Positions 55,486 to 64,000 of a DNA stretch of 64,000 bases are shown piece after piece; within the stretch, counting starts at the first letter, position 1; every line of letters begins with the position of its first letter. Origin of the DNA: an uncultured virus (IMG/VR IMGVR_UViG_3300020814_000207) (lineage: Duplodnaviria; Heunggongvirae; Uroviricota; Caudoviricetes); IMG/VR virus record IMGVR_UViG_3300020814_000207, positions 1 to 64,000 of that record; one strand, given 5' to 3'. Both the position numbers and the translations under genes were made by a program. A model generated the notes under the pieces. The model had not been told where the DNA came from. It did no database searches and worked only from the letters and a program-made list of their open reading frames with translations.

Positions 55486-56387
55486 TACGCTTGTTCCTTA
55501 TATGTTTGTTGCTCTACTACCGACATTTTGCCATATTTTTGTGAAATGAAATCAAAACCATGACTTGACATATCTGCCCACGCGCTGTCACAGACATTCA
55601 TCCTTCCAAACTGACAGAACTTAGGACACCTCCATGTGATATTTCTCGTAACGACGCTATCGTTTTGTATTTTCTTGAATACCCTCCAAATAGCCCCGAC
55701 TGTCATTATCATGTCGTCTTGCGAGTATGGAAGCATGATTGGCCCACCATCATTAATATAGTAAAATGTTACAATAACATTACTATATTTTGGGTACAAT
55801 TGACTTGCCGCAAAATGATATATGCGAGGCTGTGCATCCTTGAGGATATCGTAAAAATCTTTCGGTTTCGTAGATCCATAATCAGATCTTTTCCCTGTTT
55901 TCCAGTCGACAATCTCGATTGTGTTATCATCAATCTCATGAACTAGGTCTATATAGCCAGTTATTCTGAATTGTCCCTGTGGTGTTTTCCATATTTTCCC
56001 TGGCATTGATATATCGAATCGTTTTTCAACATCCAAGACTTTTAATTCTTGTGGATTGTATGGTGGAGCATCTAATACCTTTTCTATGCATATTCTACAG
56101 AATTTAAAATCAGCCGATTCACCATTGCGATTTATTCGCTTAAGTCCAAGATGCTCGTTTTGGGAAACAATTTCATCCCATGCCCTTTCAATCAACCATT
56201 CAATATCTATTTGCTTATCTCTTTTCGCTAGAAGTCCAATCCACTCAAGGGCTTTATGCACAACGTTTCCTAATACAGCGGACTTGCCACTGCGAGATTC
56301 CATCTCCAATATATACGACAACAAGTATTGAAAATAACAAAACTTGTATGACTTTATAGCACTGGCACTTAGCTTAGACACATTCAT
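55485..56387 (-). CDS. PD-(D/E)XK nuclease (RecB/Cas4-like)
   Basis: LSAS....Y.FC, GNVVHKALE, GYIDLV...IVDWKTG and Q..IY motifs, with C-terminal C...C.....C. Confidence 0.85.
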   Translation of the reverse strand: MNVSKLSASAIKSYKFCYFQYLLSYILEMESRSGKSAVLGNVVHKALEWIGLLAKRDKQIDIEWLIERAWDEIVSQNEHLGLKRINRNGESADFKFCRICIEKVLDAPPYNPQELKVLDVEKRFDISMPGKIWKTPQGQFRITGYIDLVHEIDDNTIEIVDWKTGKRSDYGSTKPKDFYDILKDAQPRIYHFAASQLYPKYSNVIVTFYYINDGGPIMLPYSQDDMIMTVGAIWRVFKKIQNDSVVTRNITWRCPKFCQFGRMNVCDSAWADMSSHGFDFISQKYGKMSVVEQQTYKEQA

Positions 56388-57099
56388 TTATAACCTCGTC
56401 ACAAAATGCATCAATGGCCATATTTTGTTCTTGTATGTTCATGTTGGAGTTATCAACAACTAAAGAATAATTCTCCATAGGATATGTATCGAGGGCTACT
56501 TCGGATGGGTGACAATCTAGTCCAGCTACATTGCGCAACAGACGAACTGTTTTTCCACCAACATTTGTTACAGCCTCTAGCTCATTTGGAAATCTGGCGT
56601 CTGTGATAATAGCTAGACATATTTTGGCATCCCCAGTCTTGCGTGCATCGTCATTAATTGTTTTTACAGTGGCTTGCACCCATGCATCATTCTTGATATG
56701 ACGAACAACGTTTGTTCCGAAAAATTGAAGAACTTCTCTTGCTGTCATGTATTTGTGAGATGGACACGAAATTGGCATATCACACCATTTGATAGAGGTC
56801 GTTGAATTTTTTTGCAACTCTGTTCCATAGCATTGTTGATATGTCAAACCGAAACATTTCATACAAAAGTCTTTCAACACATCTGCAAAACTATATTGTT
56901 TTACCCCATCAAAAGCATGATCATATAAACATCCTTCTTTTACTAATCCAACTTGATCACCTATAAAATACACCAATTCCCCATTTTTATTAATTAAGAA
57001 ATCCTCAATTTGTTTTGTTGATTTCAGGTATTTGCCAATAAGATAATTTGCTGCCGTATTTTTGCCGCTACGTTTTTTTCCTGAGAAACAGACTATCAT
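56374..57099 (-). CDS. Deoxynucleoside monophosphate kinase
   Basis: SGKKRSGKNT P-loop, SFAD.LK, REVLQFFGT, ITDARFPNE and HPSE motifs. Confidence 0.85.
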   Translation of the reverse strand: MIVCFSGKKRSGKNTAANYLIGKYLKSTKQIEDFLINKNGELVYFIGDQVGLVKEGCLYDHAFDGVKQYSFADVLKDFCMKCFGLTYQQCYGTELQKNSTTSIKWCDMPISCPSHKYMTAREVLQFFGTNVVRHIKNDAWVQATVKTINDDARKTGDAKICLAIITDARFPNELEAVTNVGGKTVRLLRNVAGLDCHPSEVALDTYPMENYSLVVDNSNMNIQEQNMAIDAFCDEVINECV

Positions 57100-57100
57100 T

Positions 57101-58201
57101 TTATCCTCGCAAACATTTATCTATTTGTGGTTTAATCTCACTTAATATGTCAGTAGCACTCATACTCCCAATATCTTTAGCCGTTGGTGTTATACAAAAG
57201 ACCCTGAAATATAGTTCCAGACTAGACCTTAGTCTTTGCTGTGCTTCAACAGCGCTGTCATCATTATCTAGTGTTAATATCAAAGTCAACGCACCCGCAT
57301 TTTGCAATAACTGTCTCTGCTTTGGCGACATGTTAAGGCCAAAAATAGCAATCGCGTTATGAATACCGGCCATTTCGTATCCCCATACATCCCCAGGCCC
57401 TTCGCAGATAATGGCGGTTTTTGTTTTCTTAATAAAAGGCTTTGCGTACCATATATTATATACCAACGATTCAGCCTTAAAATCGACAGAATGACACCAT
57501 TTCGCGTACCTAAAATTATTTTTGTCTTTGGGGCATATTTTTGCCGGATCATGATATCTGCCACATTGCGTACATTTTTCCCAGATACTACGAGATGTCC
57601 AACCCATTACATATCGACCGGTCTCATCAAGAACTGGAATATATGCTCTATTATAGAATTTTTTATCGGGCTTATCACAATATGATATATGATATTTTGA
57701 GATGATTTCGTCGGTAATACCCCTTGTCGGATAGTATGTCGTATCTGGTTTCATGTACCGTAGCGCCTCGGACAATGGCATCATATGCTTGCTTGGATTA
57801 CTCTGTATCTTTTTCCTGTATGCGCGTATTGCACTATCAATTATAACTTCTTCCTCGGTCTTGGGATCAATTTTAGAATTGTCTAACCCAAGCACCTTGG
57901 CACAAAAATCAACAGCCTGACGGAAACTGTATTTCTTATTTGTTCGGCTGTATAGTATTCCCCTCACTAACCCAAAAATACTCGTGGATCTTCCTGTCGA
58001 TTCAAGTTCCTCACAGTGCTTAGTCATACACTTCCAATGCCTAGATGTGAATGCCCAGAACCACGCCCTATCATTATCTCCGTTGTGAATTGGACACTTG
58101 CCTTGTAAATAATCCATCCTTTCTGTATACTCAACACCAAGGGCATCAAGTATCTCTCTTATGCGTTCACATGCCCGATCTTGAATAAAGTCGATATCCA
58201 T
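57101..58201 (-). CDS. dnaG: DNA primase (DnaG-like)
   Basis: CPIH...WKCMTKHC zinc domain, TOPRIM motifs ICEGPGD and LDND, and KDIG. Confidence 0.85.
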   Translation of the reverse strand: MDIDFIQDRACERIREILDALGVEYTERMDYLQGKCPIHNGDNDRAWFWAFTSRHWKCMTKHCEELESTGRSTSIFGLVRGILYSRTNKKYSFRQAVDFCAKVLGLDNSKIDPKTEEEVIIDSAIRAYRKKIQSNPSKHMMPLSEALRYMKPDTTYYPTRGITDEIISKYHISYCDKPDKKFYNRAYIPVLDETGRYVMGWTSRSIWEKCTQCGRYHDPAKICPKDKNNFRYAKWCHSVDFKAESLVYNIWYAKPFIKKTKTAIICEGPGDVWGYEMAGIHNAIAIFGLNMSPKQRQLLQNAGALTLILTLDNDDSAVEAQQRLRSSLELYFRVFCITPTAKDIGSMSATDILSEIKPQIDKCLRG

Positions 58202-59637
58202 TAATCTACGTCCTGCATTAGCGACATTGGCATTTGCTCTTTTAATGTTTGTGAATATGCCTGTCCTTCTAACATTTGCGCGATTGAGAAATCTGATTTT
58301 ACATTGATGTAATCTCCGGGATGCATGCCCTTACCAAATCTAGTATCCGTTATTACCAATTTCCTATCACCATTTGATGGTGGGTCTTCGTTTAGTTCTT
58401 CTTGGCTTTTCTTTTTGAGAATAGTAAAACTAGATGCTAGCCACAATATTCTATCTGAGCCGGATATGACATTGCCCTCTTCTCTATCGCCACCATCCCT
58501 ATTTAATTGCACAGTTGCTAATATCGGTAGATCATATTTGAGGGCAAAATTGTGCATCTCCGTTAGCAGAAAACCAAGAAGCTGATATTCTGCTAAATTA
58601 TTCTTTACGTCTGACTGATCCATAAGTTTGAGGTAATCGTATATAACAACGCATGGCTTTGCTTTTCCAGACGGGGTAAATCCAACATTTTTGGCCAACC
58701 ATCTACGAACAATTGATAATATCCCCCTAATAGATTGTCCAGCAACAGAGCAGTGGGTCAAAGGTAAATTGTCGATTGCTTCCTTAGTATCGTAAACAGC
58801 GATACGTTCTTCTTGTAGTTCGCTGAACTGTCCAGTCTCTATACGATTTAACGAAACTTTACTTAGCAATGATGCCAATCTCATCATCTGCCACTTGCGC
58901 GGCAACTCAGTGTCTAGGTATAAAACCGGGACACCATATTTGGCCACATTATTAGCAACATTAAGACAGAAAAACGATTTACCGATTTTGGGTCTAGCGC
59001 CGACAACTGTTACCCCGCCCGGTCGCAATCCGCCACCGATAGCCTGATCAAATAACTGGAAACCGGATGGTAAGCCTATGATATCCTTTGGGTTATCAGA
59101 CAACGCATCGAACATATCTTTGATATCTCTGCCAATATGCACTAACGCATTATCCTTTGATGCTAGTTTTGCCGTGAAACCAAAGATTGGATCTTCAATC
59201 ATGGAAAAAATGGACAAGATATCTTCGTTGCCAGTAATCTTTTCCATATCCTTTTGAATATGCCTAAGACATAGATAGGCTTGACGACAAACACTTAGTT
59301 TGAAAACAACTGAAGCTAACGATCTCGCACTTTCTATGCCGACGCTTTCTGCAAAGAGACTTCCTATATATTCCTCGTCTTTGTTGGTGCCGATTATGTT
59401 ATCGAATCCCATGCTCCGTGACATAGAAACAATTGTTGGCGTATCGAATTCTTTTATATCCTTGTCATGCACCAGTGTTTTTAGAACTGTGAAAAGTTTC
59501 GCATGATGTGGACCATAGAAATCTGATGGCGATAGTAGTTCTTCTATGTCGATAAGGGCGTCAGCGCCATTCGACAAAATCCCAGCAAGCACAACTCGCT
59601 CTGCTCCGATATCATTAAGGCATGTATTTTTTTTCAT
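58201..59637 (-). CDS. dnaB: Replicative DNA helicase (DnaB-like)
   Basis: AERVVLAG, GARPKIGKS Walker A, YLDTE, IYDYLKL and VQLNR motifs. Confidence 0.92.
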   Translation of the reverse strand: MKKNTCLNDIGAERVVLAGILSNGADALIDIEELLSPSDFYGPHHAKLFTVLKTLVHDKDIKEFDTPTIVSMSRSMGFDNIIGTNKDEEYIGSLFAESVGIESARSLASVVFKLSVCRQAYLCLRHIQKDMEKITGNEDILSIFSMIEDPIFGFTAKLASKDNALVHIGRDIKDMFDALSDNPKDIIGLPSGFQLFDQAIGGGLRPGGVTVVGARPKIGKSFFCLNVANNVAKYGVPVLYLDTELPRKWQMMRLASLLSKVSLNRIETGQFSELQEERIAVYDTKEAIDNLPLTHCSVAGQSIRGILSIVRRWLAKNVGFTPSGKAKPCVVIYDYLKLMDQSDVKNNLAEYQLLGFLLTEMHNFALKYDLPILATVQLNRDGGDREEGNVISGSDRILWLASSFTILKKKSQEELNEDPPSNGDRKLVITDTRFGKGMHPGDYINVKSDFSIAQMLEGQAYSQTLKEQMPMSLMQDVD

Positions 59638-59639
59638 GT

Positions 59640-60134
59640 TTAGTCTGGGCGAGTATCCCTAAGACACTTTGGACATCGTTGACCTATTTCGGATGATAGT
59701 CGGTGGATAGATTCGAATTCCGCATTGCAGACACTACAAGTGGCCTTGTACACCACATTACCCTTCCTTTTATTCTGTTGTTTTCGTTTTGCGGACCCGA
59801 CGCTTTTCTTTTGATTAGACTCTACTTCAGCGGGGTCTATATCTGGGTTTGTCATTAGTGTCATTTTCCCGTAAAGCGTATCTTTGTTACCGGATATAGA
59901 TACGGGTTCTACGTCGTCAATATCAATTTCATTATTATTCATTTGTGGCTGGTCTTGATTAATATTGACACCTAGCATGTCATCGATTTGGCGTCTAAGT
60001 TGTAGTAGCAAATTCTTATCGCTACCAGTATCTGGTGGTTTCAAATCTTCTCCAGTTAACATCTTGAATCCTTCGCAAACACGTTGCCAGTTTCCACTAA
60101 CTATTCCAGTCTTAATCGTTTCTATTGGCGTCAT
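59640..60134 (-). CDS. Hypothetical protein with C-terminal zinc ribbon
   Basis: CSVC...CPKC motif. Confidence 0.6.
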   Translation of the reverse strand: MTPIETIKTGIVSGNWQRVCEGFKMLTGEDLKPPDTGSDKNLLLQLRRQIDDMLGVNINQDQPQMNNNEIDIDDVEPVSISGNKDTLYGKMTLMTNPDIDPAEVESNQKKSVGSAKRKQQNKRKGNVVYKATCSVCNAEFESIHRLSSEIGQRCPKCLRDTRPD

Positions 60135-60538
60135 TTCGCAGCCTCCCCAAACCTACTTCTTTGAACAGACATTAAGCATTGTGATATGAACTCTAATCTT
60201 TTCGCCATGAATTCTATGCGAGACATTTTCAATTCAACGTTCTGTTTCATACTGTGCAATTTTGATTTATCGTCTCCAAAGAAACTGTTCCTATTGGCGT
60301 TACACCATCCGATAAGCGTTTTGCATTGATTGTACTTGTGCTGAATACTCATCGCTAATACAGAAACTATAAAAGCGTACTCTGCCGCTTCTCGTCCAGT
60401 CATCTCGGCCAATCTATCGCGACCAATATTGATTACTCCGTTAATTGTATCAGAATCCGGTTCAGCAATGGGAAGGTTGATATTTTTTTCCCATGTAGAC
60501 AGCATTGTTTCTAACGACGCCACATTCTCTTTTAGCAT
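60131..60538 (-). CDS. Hypothetical helical protein (possible recombination mediator)
   Basis: Coiled-coil-like, between the RecA/nuclease genes and the helicase. Function inferred from position only. Confidence 0.4.
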   Translation of the reverse strand: MLKENVASLETMLSTWEKNINLPIAEPDSDTINGVINIGRDRLAEMTGREAAEYAFIVSVLAMSIQHKYNQCKTLIGWCNANRNSFFGDDKSKLHSMKQNVELKMSRIEFMAKRLEFISQCLMSVQRSRFGEAAK

Positions 60539-60539
60539 A

Positions 60540-60929
60540 TTAACTTCCTAACAAACAAACTATTTCACTTGACGACATTGTTGCGTCTATCTCAATAAGT
60601 CTTATATTGTTTAGTCTACACCACTCTCTTTTACGCACATCTCTGTCTTGCTGATTATGGAACCCTCTGAGCGTTTCGTGAAAAAATTTTACGAACTTAT
60701 TATGTTGAATGCCGTTACACTCAATGGCCAATTTTCTAGATGGAATAAAGAAATCTAAAACAAGTTTTTCGCCACGAATATAAACTTCTTCTAATATAAC
60801 GTCCATAGGATAGTGGCCTTTTAATATGTCTCCAATGCTTGATTGGAAATTCGATTTGGACGTACCTTTCATGGCATATTTTTTCAGATCAATTTTTTGG
60901 ACTGTTCCATTGAGTAATTTAACTAGCAT
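60540..60929 (-). CDS. Restriction-fold endonuclease (DUF559/Vsr-like)
   Basis: LVLDFFIP..KLAIECNGIQH...RD..K.EWC..NNI.LIEI pattern. Confidence 0.75.
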   Translation of the reverse strand: MLVKLLNGTVQKIDLKKYAMKGTSKSNFQSSIGDILKGHYPMDVILEEVYIRGEKLVLDFFIPSRKLAIECNGIQHNKFVKFFHETLRGFHNQQDRDVRKREWCRLNNIRLIEIDATMSSSEIVCLLGS

Positions 60930-61956
60930 TACACAAAACCGTTGAACGAATATCTTGTTCTAATTTGTTGGCTATATCGCGATTGGAGACTAGGAAGTTT
61001 CTCAAGTTTTCAAGTCCCTGGAACTTATCCTCTGTCAATGATGGAATCGTATACCAAGAACCAGCCTTTTCTATCAAACCAAGGTTTTCTGCGTGCGTCA
61101 TTATGTCTACTTCTGTGTCAATACCAAAACCAAATCGCAATGGTATACTACATGGAATAAATGGCCTACCAAGCGCCGACGCCCTAATGGTGCAACATAT
61201 GTCTTGGCCAAGTACAGAACCGCTACTGTCTCTATCCCACAATTTAAACCAATCTACGTTTATCCAAACAGAACAGGCGTACTGGATACCCATTCCGCCC
61301 TTCTCATTGAACTTCTTGTTGCTTCCGCGATCTCTGTTTGTTTGATACTGAGATAAAAAGACAACGATATTGTTGTTGATGTCGACGTAATCTTTTACCT
61401 TTCTAAAAAATGACGCTAGTAATTTGGGGACACCAGCCATGTCGTGATTTTCGCCAGTCAGTTCTGACTGCTCGGATAATGTTGATAACATAGCTAGGCT
61501 ATCTATTACTATTACCGAACCGGGTTCGTCTTTAATTGCTCGCTCTATGGATTGTAACCATTCTTCTGCACTCAGCACCTTTTCCATATTAGATCTGACT
61601 ATAGTCAGTTTCGACGAATCTAGATCTCGTATGGTTTTGATAAGTGCCGGATCACATCTGCGCTCTATATCAAAATAAATTGCTTTTCTGTTTGCCTTTA
61701 TGGCGTTGCTTAGAATATGTAGACATAACGTGGTTTTCCCAGCCTTTGGTTTTCCAGAAAGAAATACGACCTTACCTTCTGGAATGCCACCGCTTAATGC
61801 TATGTCTAGCGATAATGTTGTTGACAATATTTTCCGTGGTCGATCAACAAGAACATCAGCCTGGATAACAAGCCCCTTGCCAAACATGTCGTCGATGATG
61901 GAATCAAATGTTTTGTTGGCAGTCTGGTCGGGTTTCTTTTTTGCCACTTTGTTCAA
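60919..61956 (-). CDS. recA: RecA/UvsX-like recombinase
   Basis: LSLDIALSGGIPEG, GKPKAGKTT, FDIE, VIDSL, GG.GIQY and LIEKAGSWY motifs. Confidence 0.9.
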   Translation of the reverse strand: MNKVAKKKPDQTANKTFDSIIDDMFGKGLVIQADVLVDRPRKILSTTLSLDIALSGGIPEGKVVFLSGKPKAGKTTLCLHILSNAIKANRKAIYFDIERRCDPALIKTIRDLDSSKLTIVRSNMEKVLSAEEWLQSIERAIKDEPGSVIVIDSLAMLSTLSEQSELTGENHDMAGVPKLLASFFRKVKDYVDINNNIVVFLSQYQTNRDRGSNKKFNEKGGMGIQYACSVWINVDWFKLWDRDSSGSVLGQDICCTIRASALGRPFIPCSIPLRFGFGIDTEVDIMTHAENLGLIEKAGSWYTIPSLTEDKFQGLENLRNFLVSNRDIANKLEQDIRSTVLCNAS

Positions 61957-62404
61957 TCTCCAGTATTCTGTTTAGTTTGTTATTACTATCTGTATCTATA
62001 TTTGTAATCGTCATATTTGTTCGCATGTACTCGACATCACACTTTGTTTCTGGACAATCATTTACAAGAGAAGTTTTTTCTGCCATTAGCCTATCATACT
62101 GTTTTCTTGTAATTCTATCTAGTGCCAGTAGTGTCTTTTCTACTAACAACGATTTGTTACCAAGTATTTTAACCGCGTTTATGATGGCCGTTTGCATAGT
62201 TGGGTCATCTATGTTATCGTATAGTTTGGCGAACTTACTAAACCCCATTCTTTCCCTGCTATATTTTTTGCCCCAATATTTACTATCTCTCCAAAATCTT
62301 TGTGGCAAATTTCTGTCCATATTTAGACAGACCAGTTCTACAACATAGTCTGCTAATGAGACCGAGAGCCCAGGAGTAGTTGGGGAAGTGAATGGTTTAT
62401 CCAT
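61904..62404 (-). CDS. Hypothetical protein
   Basis: 166-aa ORF overlapping neighbours in the operon. Confidence 0.55.
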   Translation of the reverse strand: MDKPFTSPTTPGLSVSLADYVVELVCLNMDRNLPQRFWRDSKYWGKKYSRERMGFSKFAKLYDNIDDPTMQTAIINAVKILGNKSLLVEKTLLALDRITRKQYDRLMAEKTSLVNDCPETKCDVEYMRTNMTITNIDTDSNNKLNRILEIEQSGKKETRPDCQQNI

Positions 62405-62807
62405 TTTCTATTAACTTAAACCCACACTTTTCTTTGGTTTGTTCTTCATAATAACTCTGTCGCATATCGGGCAACTTAATCCAATTAATAAGACATGTAA
62501 CTCCGTCGTAATATCCAATTCCAACAGCATGAGACTCTGCCGCGCCAAAAACTGCTTGGCCTTTAAATCCATATATGTATCCAGATTGTTTCGGTGGTGT
62601 GCTCCATTCCCTTACATGACCACCTTCTACTAGTTGTAAACGCAGCATTGTTATCTTGATATCTTTATGGTCCGTTAAGAATTGTTTTAGTCTATGCCAT
62701 GCGTGTGGTTGTCCTGATAAATCGTCTTGGATAACTGTACGACCATCTGATAGCGATGCCAAAAATCTTAAATTTGGAGTATATTCATTTACCTCAAATG
62801 CAACCAC
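62397..62807 (-). CDS. Hypothetical protein
   Basis: 136-aa ORF in the operon (ASLSDGRTV...AWHRLK). Confidence 0.55.
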   Translation of the reverse strand: MVAFEVNEYTPNLRFLASLSDGRTVIQDDLSGQPHAWHRLKQFLTDHKDIKITMLRLQLVEGGHVREWSTPPKQSGYIYGFKGQAVFGAAESHAVGIGYYDGVTCLINWIKLPDMRQSYYEEQTKEKCGFKLIENG

Positions 62808-63078
62808 TGATATTTTCTCCGTGTTGAGACATCTGTTTGGTCATAACCACAACACCCTTGGCCACAGTCGCAGTCAATGGCACCTTACCCGTAAAACGAA
62901 CAACCCTGTCTTTGTTTTTGGAATCTATGTCGTTATTTGACACTAGCCTATTAATGTATCCCATAACGGTATCGATAAATTCTACCCTATTTTTAGAAGT
63001 TTTTCTAGATAAGTTTACATTTGAATCTTCAAGAAACTTATGTAGTTGGGCAACGATGACTTCTTTTGGACTATCCAT
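62794..63078 (-). CDS. Hypothetical protein
   Basis: 94-aa ORF coupled to its neighbours. Confidence 0.5.
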   Translation of the reverse strand: MDSPKEVIVAQLHKFLEDSNVNLSRKTSKNRVEFIDTVMGYINRLVSNNDIDSKNKDRVVRFTGKVPLTATVAKGVVVMTKQMSQHGENISGCI

Positions 63079-63361
63079 TAACAGCCTCTCTTTCTGCTAT
63101 GACGAAATGCGTGTGGTTTTTTGTTCTTAGGAATGTTACATAATATTGGTAACATTTTTGACTACACTTTCTAAGCTTAAACATTGGCTCGCCTCGCTCT
63201 CTGTCCTGCTTATTAACATTATTCATTGTAAATGGATTAAAAAGTCGTCCGTCGACAGAACATAGCACATAACATACACCGTCTGTTCCGGCTTTTGCAA
63301 ATACGGTTTCTGATGTAGGGGGTGATCGGCGAGGCACACCATCTCGTGTTACGAAAATCAT
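63071..63361 (-). CDS. Hypothetical protein
   Basis: 96-aa ORF coupled to its neighbours. Confidence 0.55.
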   Translation of the reverse strand: MIFVTRDGVPRRSPPTSETVFAKAGTDGVCYVLCSVDGRLFNPFTMNNVNKQDRERGEPMFKLRKCSQKCYQYYVTFLRTKNHTHFVIAEREAVNG

Positions 63362-63654
63362 TACGCGCTCCTTTTGGCCAGAACTACCCGTGTATCGTTA
63401 TCTAATTCATCTAATACGTCCAGGTCAATGTTACTGTCACAAGATCCAATATAAAACCTGCCGTTAATGACATGTTTGATAGAAGAACCGCCACAGAATC
63501 CACATCTACCAACAATTTTGCACGACGAAGAATCTTCGTCTATTACAATTATGTCGAACAATGACTTATTGCAATTCAAACATTTGACAACAACAGTTGC
63601 GACTTTGTTAATTTGATTTTCCGGAACACCATTTGTTACATTAACCCGCATCAT
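63361..63654 (-). CDS. Zinc-finger protein
   Basis: CLNC...CGFC motif. Confidence 0.55.
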   Translation of the reverse strand: MMRVNVTNGVPENQINKVATVVVKCLNCNKSLFDIIVIDEDSSSCKIVGRCGFCGGSSIKHVINGRFYIGSCDSNIDLDVLDELDNDTRVVLAKRSA

Positions 63655-63962
63655 GTCACTCCAGTCTCAATGTATCGCCTTGGATTTTTCAGTATCTTTG
63701 TATTAACCTTATCGCTATTGCGCCACCATGGCCTAGCGAGTTTCTTCCGTTTTTTGCTCTGTTTATCGGCGACACCCTCATTTTTGTTTAATGCCACTGG
63801 GTTGGCCGTATTCTTAACTATCGCAATAATGCCGCCACTAATAATCCTCCTGAGATTTTCCGTCTTGCATTGATCGCAACGCGTAATAGCATCGTCCTTT
63901 ATACTTTGTCGTATCTCTGTTTCATGGCCACAGTTATCGCAAACGTATTGGTATGTTGGCAT
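63651..63962 (-). CDS. FmdB-family zinc ribbon protein
   Basis: MPTYQYVCDNCGH.TEIRQSI.D.....CDQC....LRRIIS pattern. Confidence 0.85.
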   Translation of the reverse strand: MPTYQYVCDNCGHETEIRQSIKDDAITRCDQCKTENLRRIISGGIIAIVKNTANPVALNKNEGVADKQSKKRKKLARPWWRNSDKVNTKILKNPRRYIETGVT

Positions 63963-64000
63963 TACGTCCCCCTACAGTATACTGCTTGGCTGCTCGATTT

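Noticed and set aside
55485..56387. Cas4-like nuclease as evidence of a CRISPR-Cas locus
   Set aside because: No repeat-spacer array or other cas genes seen. Solo nucleases of this type are common in phage replication modules.
1..64000. tRNA, rRNA or structured ncRNA genes
   Set aside because: Intergenic gaps are short and accounted for by terminators, RBSs and the GTGTATAA motif. None recognised by eye; a covariance-model scan would be needed to exclude them.

Overview
A 64-kb segment of a large tailed dsDNA phage (Caudoviricetes), probably long non-contractile tail type: there is a 1965-aa tape measure and no recognisable sheath gene. The + strand arm (1-38489) is virion morphogenesis: terminase C-terminus, portal, protease/scaffold, decoration protein, HK97-type capsid, a 2556-aa propeller/lectin protein, neck, tail tube, chaperones, tape measure and tail tip. 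A recurring GTGTATAA motif and three intrinsic terminators punctuate it. The convergent - strand arm (38473-64000) holds a Whirly-like protein, about 8 glycosyltransferase-like/methyltransferase genes, SSB, a DnaE split into two genes around a UDG and a DarG-like macrodomain, a PD-(D/E)XK nuclease, dNMP kinase, primase, DnaB and RecA. Top candidate system (inference): virion O-glycosylation at a Ser-Gly sequon. Predicted surface proteins are directionally enriched in S-G next to a large glycosyltransferase cluster. The lead glycosyltransferase carries two inteins and a 9-nt in-frame interruption (GGT TGA CTA GGC) in its donor-binding motif that a Gly-to-Gly ribosomal stop-hop would repair exactly. 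All calls come from motif recognition by eye and all counts are manual and approximate. No database searches were run.
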